This document shows, in pieces, positions 26,361-38,260 of a stretch of DNA of 64,000 bases. This DNA is from Felis catus (lineage: Eukaryota): the NCBI RefSeq assembly GCF_018350175.1, contig NC_058368.1:197472001-197536000 (forward strand). The letters are read 5' to 3'. The notes beneath the pieces were generated by a model. The model saw only the letters and a list, made by a program, of their open reading frames with translations, did no database searches and was not told the origin of the DNA. The translations under genes were made by a program, and so were the position numbers. Position 1 is the first letter of the stretch, and the number at the start of each line of letters is the position of its first letter.

Positions 26361-28954
26361 CAGGCAGCTGTTTAGAAGGTGTAGTCCTTTGGCCCCCATC
26401 CCTCCTGAAGAAAGATCTGACAGGCTCTGGAGGCAGTGGTTGTCAGCATTTGTACAGAACAGATGGACCTTTGAGAATCATGGCAAGTTTATGAAATCTC
26501 CCCCCACAAAAACCCCGCCTCTCCCACACACAACTTAGTGTCCAATTTTAGGGTATTCAGGGGCTTCCTGAAATCCACCCATGAACCCAAGTTCGATGTC
26601 CTTACAGTGTTGTAAGCACACAGGATGATTTTAGGTGGTGTGTGGAGAAAGATCGTTTCAAATTTTAATCCCCGAGTGGTTATTCGAACTTATACCAAAG
26701 TCATCATTAACACGTTAAATCTGTGACCTTGTAAATGTTCTGGGGATGGGGTTAAACTAAAAAAAAAAATATTATGACTAGAACTGAAGACGATTTTAGA
26801 GGGAGCATTAAGTCAATGAGCAGTGGTTCTGGGCCAGGGTGGGAGGGGGCTGGAGAAAAGGCTGGAAAGTCCTGAACGCAGGTGGACGTTTTGGATGCAC
26901 TGCTCTGGTTTGTGGAATCTTCCAACCAATTGATAGTCTCGTGGCGGATGAGGCAACTGAGGCCCAGAGGGTTAGGTGAGCTACCGAAGTGCTCCCAGTA
27001 GTCGGAAGCACATGGCCAGAAAGTCCCCGGGGCGACAGGCTCCTAGGCCAATGTGTTTTCCATAGCCCCATTCATTTTCCTGTTTTCTACCTATGCAGTT
27101 ACATGCTCAGAGAGCAAAAGGAGGAGTCTACCTGGGTTCATTCTGGGAACAGAGAGAACAAATAGTAACCTCAGATCGCCAGTTGGAGTGCTGTCACTTT
27201 CCAAGGGCTTTCACAAGTATTTCCCTTAGACTCTTCCCACTGTTGATACTTATAAATGAAAAAAACATTTCAAGATGCTTGTCATTCCTCCCGCATTGTT
27301 CCAGGTTTGACTGTACAGACTCAGGAAATGGTCCGATGTCTTCCCCCAGGGCTTTCTCCTATTTAGCTAGACTCATAAGACAGAATCAGTTTTGCATGTT
27401 CCGAGGCCTCTTTCCATTGGGGTTGACATGGTGCTTGCTGGTCTGGCTGCTGGGTTGAAAACTAATGGTGTCCCATACAAAGAAGTTTCTTTAAAGCCTC
27501 TGTCCAGGTCAGCCCCCACCAGCTCCTGCCGGGAACATTGTTGTGGCTTCTGAGTGCATCCCGTTAAGTAGGGGAAGGTGGCCAGAAAGAGGATGACAGG
27601 ACAGGTAGGAGGCTGGAGGTTGAATCAGAGGAGTGGCAGCTGAAGGAACCGGCTTTGGCCGGATAGCAGACAAAAGACTCTAGGTGCCAATCCAAGGTCA
27701 CCGCCAGCAGGTCTTTAAAGGGTTGTGGTGGGGCGGGGCAGGGCAGGGCAGGGCAGGCACCGTGCTGCAGGCGGCAGAGTGGGTGGGTGGGCACCTGGGG
27801 AAAGGAAGGAAGGACAGGCTCCTGGTGTCACTGTTCTCACGCAGGCATGCAGGCTAGAAGCCTGCATTTTGACATGACATCTGATTTTCAAATGGTGGCC
27901 GCGCATTTCAAAACCATCTGAAAACATCGCGTGGCCAAGCAAAACACAGCTATGAGTCAGATCGGATCCATAGACTATGTTGTAACTTCTGCCTCTATGG
28001 TCATGAGGATATTTCGGGGTTCCTGGTTGCTGACCAGTGCTAAGGGCCAAGCCTGGGCTCCCCCTTTCTGAAAGTGCCACTGCCTGGGGTGTAGTCCCAC
28101 GGGCAGTGTTCAGGGGACACATTGGATTGATGACAGACAGCATTTTTACCACTCTTTAGGACAAAGTGGTAGCTTTGGAAGAGGTGGAGAACTCTGAGAG
28201 GTGGAGAACTCCTTCTGGAGGGAAGGGGGGGGTGGTCAGTCACTGGAGGAGGCGGCATGGTGGCAGGAAATATTGCTATAGAGGCAGGTGAGTGATGGGA
28301 TCGGATGCTCTTCTGTGATTTTATGACAGTCACTCCTCCTGACCCTCAGCCCACCCCCGGAGGACTTCCAAGTCCCTCCATCCTGTGTCCCTTTCTCGGT
28401 TTCCACCAACCCCGAGGAATCCCTCTGCAGAGCCAACCTGGGTCAAGTTGCCTGCTTCCTGCCACCTCAGGGCTCCCTCTGCTCGTAACGTCTTCCTGCT
28501 TTCTCTACCCACCACCCTCTACTCAGCCACTCCCTGGGCCAGCGTCTCCGGAGCCCAGGCCAGGTCGGTTCCCCAGTCACGTGCTACATCAGCACACTCA
28601 CTACGGTGACACCGCACATTTCTTTGTGTGATGAACAGATTCTTGTCTCACTGGTTCAGATTACGCCGATGCTGTCTTTTAATGCTGATATTCGGTGATT
28701 TGGGGACAATCAACCAATGAAGGGCAGAGCCAGAACCATGGTTCTCAACCTCTATTTCTGCCCCGGGGCACCCAGGAGATTACAGCACGCACCGGGTATG
28801 AACTGGACTCCTGGATTCAGAAACACTCACGTAAATGTCAAGGGCACATTTTCTCTGCCGCTTGTTAGGTGGGGAACTTGAGACCAGCCGCAGCGAGCCT
28901 CAGTTTTCTCATCTGTAACATGGAAACAATCATGCTGTCCCACAGGGTTCTTGC

Positions 28955-30250
28955 GAATAAGACAAACCTGGGCTGGAAATCGTAGCTCCTTCTCACTTGT
29001 GTGTAACCCTTGGAAAGTGACTCAAGTGAGGATGGCTACTTATCTCGAAGTCTGACATGAGAATATTTTAAAATCTCAGGCCCGAACCTCCTTCTGCTAT
29101 GGGTCCCAGCTGGAGTGTTGGATATTTGCTCTCTCCACCAATTAGCAGATCCCCGAATACCGGAGGACTAAGGGAGACATGAGGATAAATCATGGTTCTC
29201 AACTGGGGGGCATTTTTCCTGCGGGGGACATTTTGCAATGTCTGGAAACATTTCTGGTTGTCACAGTGGTGGGCAGGAAGGTGCTGCTGGCATCTAGTGG
29301 GTAGAGGCCAGAGAGGCTGCTGAATATTATACAATGCACTGGGAAGCCCCCATTGCAAAGAATGATCTGGAACTAAATGTCAACAGTGGACTAAACGGTA
29401 ACCAAGGAAAACAGACTACAATGAAAGAAAAGAACTTCCTGCGGTTTTATGTATATGTACAATATACACACATATGCATACATACACACGTATATGTATA
29501 CATTTACTGTATGTATACGGGCTGTAAAATGTACCGTATGTGTATGTACATATCTTGTCATACGTCCTCAAGTCCATATGCCTATAGCACCGAGAGCCAG
29601 CACAAAGACAAAGCCATGGCACAGAACTCCCAGCCGTGAGCCAAACTGACTCACCCACCGGAGGCTGATTTACCGGAATGAGAAATTAAGCATTTGATCT
29701 ACGCACAACTTTTTAGGAAAGCAAAGCTTCAGGGAAACTGGAGTGTCCCTGGTGTCCTATAGAGCGTGATCACGAAGCATGCCATACGTTTGTGCCCACA
29801 TCCTCTTCCTGCCTAACCTTTCCAGGACCGAGTAACTCCTGCCTTTCGGAAACCCTTTAGGAAAGCGAGGGGCTGAGAAGTTGCGGGCAGCCGGAAAGTG
29901 GCGAGGGGCAGGCCTTCGTGCTGTGCCACCAACTGGCCACCTAAGCTGCCTCACTTTCCCCTCTTGGGCTTTCGTTCTCTCATTGCAGAAATGGGAGTGT
30001 GGATGAAGTGACCCTGTGAGTGTTCTTTCCGTTTGGACAGCACGGACTCTTCGCTAGGAAGGGAAGAGGTCGTGGAGGGTCTATTGTCCCCACCTCTGCG
30101 CTAGGAAGGACGTAAGCAAACCCGGGAACAACAGCTTAGGAAGTAGAGAATAAGACAAACCTGGGCTGGAAATCATAGCTCCTTCTCACTTGTATGTAAC
30201 CCTTGGAAAGTTACTCAGATGAGAATAGCTGCTTAGCTCAAAGTCTGACA
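28955..30250 (+). repeat. 103-bp direct repeat pair (28955-29057 and 30148-30250)
   Basis: Ungapped alignment with 10 mismatches counted by eye. Confidence 0.92.
29190..29390 (+). mobile_element. MER20 (hAT-Charlie)
   Basis: Motifs ggttctcaactggggg..gcaatgtctggaaacatt..ctggcatctagtgggtagaggccag. Confidence 0.8.
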
Positions 30251-30787
30251 CAACATTAAGAAGATACTGTTTGAACAGTCTCTGACACAGAGTAAGCACT
30301 TAATAAATAGAAGCTGCTATTATTATTATTATCTTTATTATTAGGTATTGGGTGATGGCAGTAGTGTGATTAAGAGATGGGTTTTGTGTGTGTGTGTGTG
30401 CGTGTGTGTGTGTGTTTTACTGATTTTACAATCTACCAGGAGACCAGAGGAGGGGCATAGAAAATGATTAAGCGGTGAATATCAGCACGGCCACTCACAT
30501 GTAAGGCGAGGGTTGCATTTAAGAAAGAGAAATTAATTCCAGCTGAAGAGATCACAGGAGGCTTTGTTTGGTTGGAAAAGGCAGGGAGAGGGTTGGGAGC
30601 ATCCTGGAATATGCTAGAAAATTCCATCACCTAAAACGTTGTCCGGATTCTAAATGCCATCATCTTCACTTCCCTGGCAACAATGAAATGGGACTAGCAA
30701 GTTCTCACTGTGGTCTACAAGCTGTCTGTGGACCTGATGGAGTCCATGCATACTTTATGATCCGCCTGACCCTTTCAAAAAGAACTG

Positions 30788-30803
30788 GAAAGAAAGAAGG
30801 AAA

Positions 30804-30848
<45 letters not shown>

Positions 30849-30934
30849 AAAAAGGAAGGAAGAAAATCAAGAAGGCAAAGAAGGAAGGAAGGAAGGAAGG
30901 AAGGAAGGAAGGAAGGAAGGAAGGAAGGAGACGA

Positions 30935-30974
<40 letters not shown>

Positions 30975-31054
30975 AAAAAGGAAGGAAGGAAGGAAGAAAA
31001 TCAAGAAAGCAAAGAAGGAAGGAAGGAAGGAAGGAAGGAAGGAAAGAAGGAAGG

Positions 31055-31093
<39 letters not shown>

Positions 31094-31107
31094 AAAGGAA
31101 AGAAAGA
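30788..31107. repeat. Compound (GAAA)n/(GGAA)n purine microsatellite
   Basis: About 320 bp that is almost purine-only on the + strand. Confidence 0.97.
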
Positions 31108-34100
31108 CCGAATACATTCCGTGTCCAAGAGAAGTACTTGCTGGCAGGACACAAGCATACAGATAAAGTGGGGGAGAAAACAATCAGGAGAATTCACAGT
31201 GCCTCTTCTAACCAGGAATTTAGGGTGAGTGTTTAAAGAGTGAATGTCTTCCCCTTAACCCTTCGGTGGCTCCGAGGCTCACACGCAAGCTGTGTGGAGC
31301 GTGCCCACCACACCCAGGGCTTTCAGGGAGCAAAGCGACTTCCTCGGATGGGAGGTCAGGGCCATGAAGCCGGCCCTACGCAGTGGGACGGAGCCACCGA
31401 GTTGCTGTCACAGCCCGGCCTCCTGCCTCTAATGAAGGAACCGCAAGCGGGGTGGGGCACAAGGTCCTGGAACTGGGGGCAGCAGACCCGGGCTGCGACC
31501 CTAGCTTACCTGTGGCGGGACCACCTACATCACAGCTGGAACGGGATGAAGCAGGAGACCACGGGTAAAGGGACCACCGGAAGACGCCAAGCGCTGCGTA
31601 CGGAACAAAGGTACTATGACTGTCATTTTCAGAGATGAGGACCTGAGAGGCATCGAGGGGCAGGTCTTGGGCCGGGTCTCGCACAGTAAGTTGGTGGCAG
31701 AGCCGGAGAAGGGTTCCATCGCGCCAGGCCTGATGGGTAGGGTGCGGGCAGGCCCGGCCCCCCGAACAGCTGGGTGCTCTGCTCCAGCCGAGGAGCCGAG
31801 GGACCCAGAAGCCCGGGCTGGGGCTGGGGCTGGGGCTGATAAACACACCAGAGGCATATCCGGCACGGTTCTCACTGCTGCGGCCTGCTCCACTGCCCAG
31901 GCACGCGGGTTTGTTGTGGGAAGCCCTGGGGAGCCGAGAGGAAGAGCTTGGGAGAACATGTGGGAAATTGAGCCCGCCAAGAGAAATGAAAAACACATTA
32001 GCTGGTGTGAAGGGAAGAGGACGCAGAGATCATCCATAGCTTCAACGTTTCCGTCGTCGGTGCAGAAAGGTGAAAGCGACCTTCTGCAAGGCCAGCCTGA
32101 GCCCGAGGCCCAGGCCGCCTAAGCAAAAGGCCTCTGGATTGTTTTTTTTTTTTTCCTCTGTCAAAACTTGTGCACAGACGGCGACTGTGATCGCTGCGGG
32201 GCCAACGTGCAGGATTTCCAGTTTGGGTCCTAGGTAAGTCCCTGGAAACCAACTTGTGTGTACTCTGGGGGCGGGAAGGCTAGTCTAGTGACAAATTTCC
32301 CGACCTTCTGAGTCAAGAGACAGGGACACAGGATGGCTCCCACTGCAACTGGCTGTGGCCTGCTGAGCAAAAGAATTGTCCTACTCGAGTCTTCAGATGT
32401 CCCAGCAAGCATTTAGATGGGAGGAGTGGAGAGGTCCTTCCCGGGTCTAAAATGCCAGGGGTGCTCAAAATGGAAAACACGACTGTTGCTGAGTCCTAGC
32501 TTACGCATTTTACATGCATTATATCCTTTAGCCTTTAAGGTTAGGGACTGTGTTACCATTTCTAGGTTACGTAAGAGGAATCTGAGGCCTGGAGAGGTTT
32601 GCGACTTATCCAAGAGCACGCAGCCAACACTCACAGAGTTGTGACTCAAAGTCCTGTCTGTGGCTCTTTGGGAATCACGGTGACTAGCTGATATTCTTCC
32701 CCTGAAAATGATGCTGTCCTAGAACATACCTTCCTTGATTCCTTCGGCAGCCCGCCCCATGTCCTAGCTCTGGATATTTTAGGGGAAAGGTCGCTGGCTT
32801 TGGAGATGGGACACAACAGACGTGTGCTGGGGTCGGTTCACACCGTCTTAAAAGCGTCGCTTGTGGGCCTCTTTCCCTCAGCTCCGTGTTCAGCGATGCG
32901 ATGTCGGTAGCTGGAAACCGGGCACGTTCGTAGTCCCACTGTGGAAACAGGCACACTACAAATCAGGGGCTCCCCCGTCACCAAGAGCCGGCTAACTAGC
33001 ACACCACTGGATGGTGTCTTGTCCCCATCACCAGCTGAGAGACGAAGCATTTGGAAAGCTACGTAGACATGTGATGTCGCCGCGACACCCAAGTTCACGA
33101 CGAGTGGACCCGTCTCGCTGAGCTGCGTTAGGCGGGCGGGAGTCGGTGCGTGTCAGAATCACTTGGGGTGCTGCTCCTGGAGGATGGGGACCCGGGCTCC
33201 TTGGGGCAGGATGGGGTCTGCTGAATCTCACCAAGTTTCCCCGTGCTTGTGGTGCCCACCAGTCTTGGGAACTGCGGGCCTGAACCCCAAACTGGGAATG
33301 GGACTCCCTCCCTGACCTTCCTCCTGGGGGTGATTCACATAAGCATAACAAACAAAGTCGGATCTTTAAAAGGACCGTGCGATAGAGGCACCGCTCTGAG
33401 GCCCTCTCTCCTGTACAATGTGGATAATTTGATCCTTGCCTGACGGTTACAGAGATGGCGATTCTGTACTCATGATTTTGTAAGCGGGGAGACCGTACAA
33501 CGTGTGGCATTGTGATGGCAAAAAATAGGCAGATGAGTTCTCCTCTGGCTCGATTTTCCTTGGAGTGCTGGGGAACACCCTCCTTCCCCCTCCTGCTTCC
33601 ACATCCTATTTTTGAACCTGGCATATTTAGGCCTAGGGATTAAATGACCAATGGGGCCAAGAAACCTGTGTGACTGCCCTGCCTCGCCGCTTCCCGGCAC
33701 CTCTGCTCCTCGGATCTGCCTCCTCCCAGGGCCGAGCGCTGGCCTCCAGCCTGGGCTGAAGAGACCCCGCAGCCCCCCATGTCCTTGCCCAGCCTCACTT
33801 CTCAAAATCTGGCGCTCAGCTTTTTATGGAGTGGCTGCCCCACCTCAGGAGACTCTCTGGCTTTAATCTGTAAAATACTCCTCTCTCCCCTGTGTTGTGG
33901 AGCACGGCCAACTTGGCCCCAGGCAGTGACCTTTCCCGATGGGTACAGATGAAGTCCCCAAGCCTATGGGCAGGGGCCAAAGTTCTAGCGCGCACTTGCC
34001 ATGAACCTGCCAGCTAGTTTCTCCTCTCTGGGTCTCCGATTCCTCATTTGGTGCTTCCCAGTGGGGAGCTGTTGGCATTTCACATAGAATGCTTTATTGT

Positions 34101-34479
34101 CCTGGATGTTATAGGAAGTTTAGTATCCCTGCCCCCCAGCCACTAAATGCCGGTCGCGTCTGCTTTGTCACTGCGACAACTCCAAACACCCTCCTCCACA
34201 TTTCCAAATGGCCCCCCCCCAGGGCTGGTTCTGCTCTGGGACTGTGTTCTGAAGGGCTTTAGTCTCCCCATCTGGTAAGACCAGGGGGGTTCCCCAGAAC
34301 CAGAGAAGCTTCTTCAGGGGCTTTTTCCCACGAGAGCCACCTGGGACTGGAAGGAGGGTCTCAGTGTGCCTCTCTTCCGCTCCCCGCCAAGTTTCACATA
34401 GACTGATTCAATCGACATCACTTCCACAAAATAGCCCGTTTGGAGAAAAACCCCTGTGGCTAAGAAAAGTGTGAAAACC

Positions 34480-34713
34480 GGGGCGCCTGGGTGGCGCAGT
34501 CGGTTGAGCGTCCAACTTCGGCCAGGTCACGATCTTGCGGTCCGTGAGTTCGAGCCCCGCGTCGGGCTCTGGGCTGATGGCTCGGAGCCTGGAGCCTGTT
34601 TCCAATTCTGTGTCTCCCTCTCTCTCTGCCCCTCCCCCGTTCATGCTCTCTCTCTGTCCCAAAAATAAATAAAAACGTTGAAAAAAAAAATTTTATAAAA
34701 AAAAATAAAAAAA
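34480..34713 (+). mobile_element. Young SINEC_Fc
   Basis: 18-bp TSD aagaaaagtgtgaaaacc. Confidence 0.95.
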
Positions 34714-35177
34714 AAGAAAAGTGTGAAAACCACCGGGCTGGATCAGAGGTTGCTAAACGACAGCCCTCGGGTCCGACGCACTCTGCACACACATGTTTTG
34801 TTTGGCATGGGCTTTGAAGATATTTGGCACTAGCGTTAAAAACAAAAATCTGGATTTGAGGCTTCTTGAAAATAAAACAAAAACCACGAGGAAATGGGAA
34901 GATCTGGCAGTGTCGGGCACAGGTCTCTACAAGGCAACAGCAAACTACTGCTGAGTACGGGCTACCCACGGAATGGGGACTCCCTGCCCGTATTTCTGTT
35001 GCTTGTCTGGCTCTGGAGGGATCTGTGGGCAATGCTGGGATTAGACCAGTGGTTCTCAACCCAGAATACCTGGAGGAGCTTTAAAATTCCAGTACTAGGG
35101 CCCTAAGCCGTGCTAATCTAATAGCTATCGTTGGGGGTGGGGCTTAGGCATTAGAACTTAATAAAATCTCCACAGGT

Positions 35178-35345
35178 GGGGCGCCTGGGTGGCTCAGTCA
35201 GTTAAGCGTCTGACTTTGGCTCAGGTCATGATCTCAGGTCAGTGAGTTCAAGCTCCAAGGGGGGCTCTGTGTGCTGACAGCTCAGAGCCTGGAGCCTGCT
35301 TTGGATTCTGTGTGTCCCTCTTTCTCTCCCCCACCCCCACTCATG

Positions 35346-35386
<41 letters not shown>

Positions 35387-35420
35387 CTCTCTCAAAAATA
35401 AATACACATTAAAATTTTTT
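35178..35420 (+). mobile_element. SINEC whose tail is interrupted by L1
   Basis: Head, (CT)n and start of the tail. Confidence 0.92.
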
Positions 35421-36143
35421 TTTATTTTTTTTATTATTTTTATTATTTTTTTTCCTTAGGCTTTAACAGTTTATTTTTTTTCAATATATGAAATTTATCA
35501 TCAAATTGGTTTCTATACAACAGCCAGTGCTCATCCCAAAAGGTGCCCTCCTCAATACCCATCACCCACCCTTCCCTCCCTCCCACCCCCCATCAACCCT
35601 CAGTTTGTTCTCAGTTTTTAAGAGTCTCTTATGCTTTGGCTCTCTCCCATTCTAACCTATTTTTTTTTTTTTTCCTTCCCCTCCTCCATGGGTTTCTGTT
35701 AAGTTTCTCAGGATCCACATAAGAGTGAAACCATATGGTATCTGTCTTTCTCTGTATGGCTTATTTCACTTAGCATCACACTCTCCAGTTCCATCCACGT
35801 TGCTACAAAAGGCCATATTTCATTTTTTCTCATTGCCACGTAGTATTCCATTGTGTATATAAACCACAATTTCTTTATCCATTCATCAGTTGATGGACAT
35901 TTAGGCTCTTTCCACAATGTGGCTATTGTTGAGAGTGCTGCTATAAACATTGGGGTACAAGTGCCCCTATGCATCAGCACTCCTGTATCCCTTGGGTAAA
36001 TTCCTAGCAGTGCTATTGCTGGGTCATAGGGTAGGTCTATTTTTAATTTTCTGAGGAACCTCCACACTGCTTTCCAGAGCGGCTGCACCAATTTGCATTC
36101 CCACCAACAGTGTAAGAGGGTTCCCGTTTCTCCACATCCTCTC
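35421..36143 (-). mobile_element. Young 5'-truncated feline LINE-1 3' end
   Basis: Uninterrupted ORF2 C-terminus ([18 protein letters not shown]...HMVSLLCGS*) at 35708-36091, followed by the G-rich 3'UTR and polyA. Confidence 0.95.
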
Positions 36144-36176
36144 TAAAAATTGTTTTTAAAAATCTCCCCAGGTGAT

Positions 36177-36377
36177 GAGGTGCCTGAGTGGGTCTGTTAA
36201 GCGTCCGACTCTGGATTTCAGTACAGGTCATGATCTCACGGTCCTTGAGATCCAGCCCAATTGAGCTTCTCATTGGGCTCCATGCTGACAGCACGGAACC
36301 TACTTGTGATTCTCTACCCCCCCCCTCCCCCCACCTCTCTCACGGCTCCAAATAAATAAAGAAGCATCAAAAAAAAA
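36177..36377 (+). mobile_element. SINEC (older, diverged)
   Basis: TSD aaaaatctcccc(a)ggtgat. Confidence 0.88.
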
Positions 36378-36856
36378 AAAATCTCCCCGGTGATTTCACC
36401 ATGCAGGCAGTCGTGAGAGCCAGCAGACTCTACAGGATCTTTAGCTTTGAAACGGGTACTGACTACCTACCCCCCTGCCCTGTAGGAGCCCCAGGCTCTT
36501 TCCCTTCCCCCGGAAACCCCTGATTTCCCCCGACACAGCTGCATCAATCCTCTCGCTCGGTGAGTAAGCTCTCACTTGGCAGTGCGTCCGTCTGGCTTCC
36601 CAGTGGGCTTAGGGCTCTCTGGTCGGATCCAGTCGATGTCCCGATCTTACCAAGGCCCCCACAGGGTTCAGAGCCCTCTCTTGGGGTCCCAACCTCACCC
36701 ACAGGGAATCTGCTAGCCTCGTACTCACCAGCTGCTGTCAGCCTCTGCCACAGAAGCAAGTCTGGGCTCCTTCCTAATACTCCATCTGGAGCGACACCTT
36801 CCAAGATCCTGCTCTCTGGGCGTGATTCGTTTGTGTAAGTCCCCAAAAGCAAACTG

Positions 36857-37066
36857 GGCACTGTTGACATTTGGGGCCAGATAAGTCTTTATTGTACGGG
36901 CTGCTCTGTGTATGGAAGGATGTTGAGCAGCATCCCTGGCCTCCATCCACTAGATGCCAGAAAAAGTTCAATCCTTCCACCCCCACCAAAGCCATGACAA
37001 CTAAGTGCCTCAAGACATTGCCAAACGTCCTTTGGGGTCCCCAGTCACCCCCACTGAATAGCACTG
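36857..37066 (-). mobile_element. MER20 (hAT-Charlie)
   Basis: Reverse complement of the same motifs (cactgttgacatttggggccagata..cactagatgccag). Confidence 0.8.
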
Positions 37067-37229
37067 CTACAGAGTAACTCATGGTCTCACTTTCTCTTAA
37101 GCATAGATGATATTTGCTAAGATTGTGATTCTCAGCCACCCTCATACCTGTATGCCCCCCACCCTTGTGTCGCCTGGGCCCCCAGTTTCCCTTTACAGTC
37201 AATAGGTCTCTCTAATCCTACCCACCTCT

Positions 37230-38260
37230 AATGTTTGTGACCATACCCGTAATGACACATGCACTCACCCAGCTGCTCAAACGCCTAAAAGTCTTTTTTG
37301 ATTCCTCTGATTCTCAGGTTATAGAGCCACATAATCAACAAGTCTTAGAGGCTCCATGTTTAGATGTATCTCAAATCTCTCCACTTCTTACCATTTCCAG
37401 GTTACTAATTTTGTCTATTTTTTTTTTTTTTCTGCCTGGACTATTCCAATAGTCACATTTTCTCTTCTACAATCCATTCTCCTTCCTGGATTCAGAGGGG
37501 TCTTTTTTTTTTTTCAACGTTTATTTATTTCTTGGGACAGAGAGAGACAGAGCATGAATGGGGGAGGGGCAGAGAGAGAGGGAGACACAGAATCCGAAAC
37601 AGGCTCCAGGCTCGGAGCCATCAGCCCAGAGCCCGACGCGGGGCTCGAACTCACGGACCGCGAGATCGTGACCTGGCTGAAGTCGGACGCTTAACCGACT
37701 GCGCCACCCAGGTGCCCCAGAGGGGTCTTTAAGGAATGCAAACCAGAGTATGTCTCATACCTGCTTAAGAGCCTTCAATAGTTTCCCCTGCTTAGAATAA
37801 AACCCAAAGTCCTTATGAGGCCCTATGAGGCCAATCTGGTTTCAGCCAACTCCACCAGCCACTCTTCAAACTACTCTTCCCGTATTACCTTCCCACTTGA
37901 CTGGCTGCCTTTCCACCTCTTGAATACACCCAAAGCTTTCCTGCCTCAGGGCCTTTGCGCATGTCATTCCCTCTGCTTCTTTTTTACAAGCTCTTTTCCA
38001 CAACTGGTTTCTTCTCAAGCTTCAGAGCTCATCTTAAGGGCCAATGTTGTAAAGAGCCACCCTCATCCACCTCCAAGTTGTTCAATATCCATTGCACAAA
38101 GTGAATGAGTCTATTACATTTTTTATTATCTGTCAAGCAATTATTAGAAACTATAATTACCTTGTCCAGTTTTTAGTTTCCTTGTTATTGTGCATCTGGC
38201 CCCACAAGCACATGAGAGGGCACACAATCAATTTCTATTGAAGGGATCAGTAAATGAATA
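37230..38260. mobile_element. L2 relic interrupted by a SINE
   Basis: Typical L2 3' text (cctgcttaagagccttcaatagtttccc..agaataaaacccaaagtcctta; cctgcctcagggcctttgc). Other L2/MIR relics occur across the window, for example about 2150-2760, 6450-7560 and 57690-57890. Confidence 0.6.
37506..37718 (-). mobile_element. Young SINEC_Fc
   Basis: TSD agaggggtcttt. Confidence 0.95.

Larger units (their letters stand above)
35047..36428. mobile_element. MER5A-like relic split by SINE + L1 + SINE
   Basis: Starts cagtggttctcaac.., contains ggtggggcttaggcat..ctcc(a/c)caggtgat, and resumes after 36381. Confidence 0.6.

Noticed and set aside
30568..31236. 222-aa K/E/R-rich ORF and F/L/S-rich antisense ORFs
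   Set aside because: They are translations of the (GAAA)/(GGAA) microsatellite.
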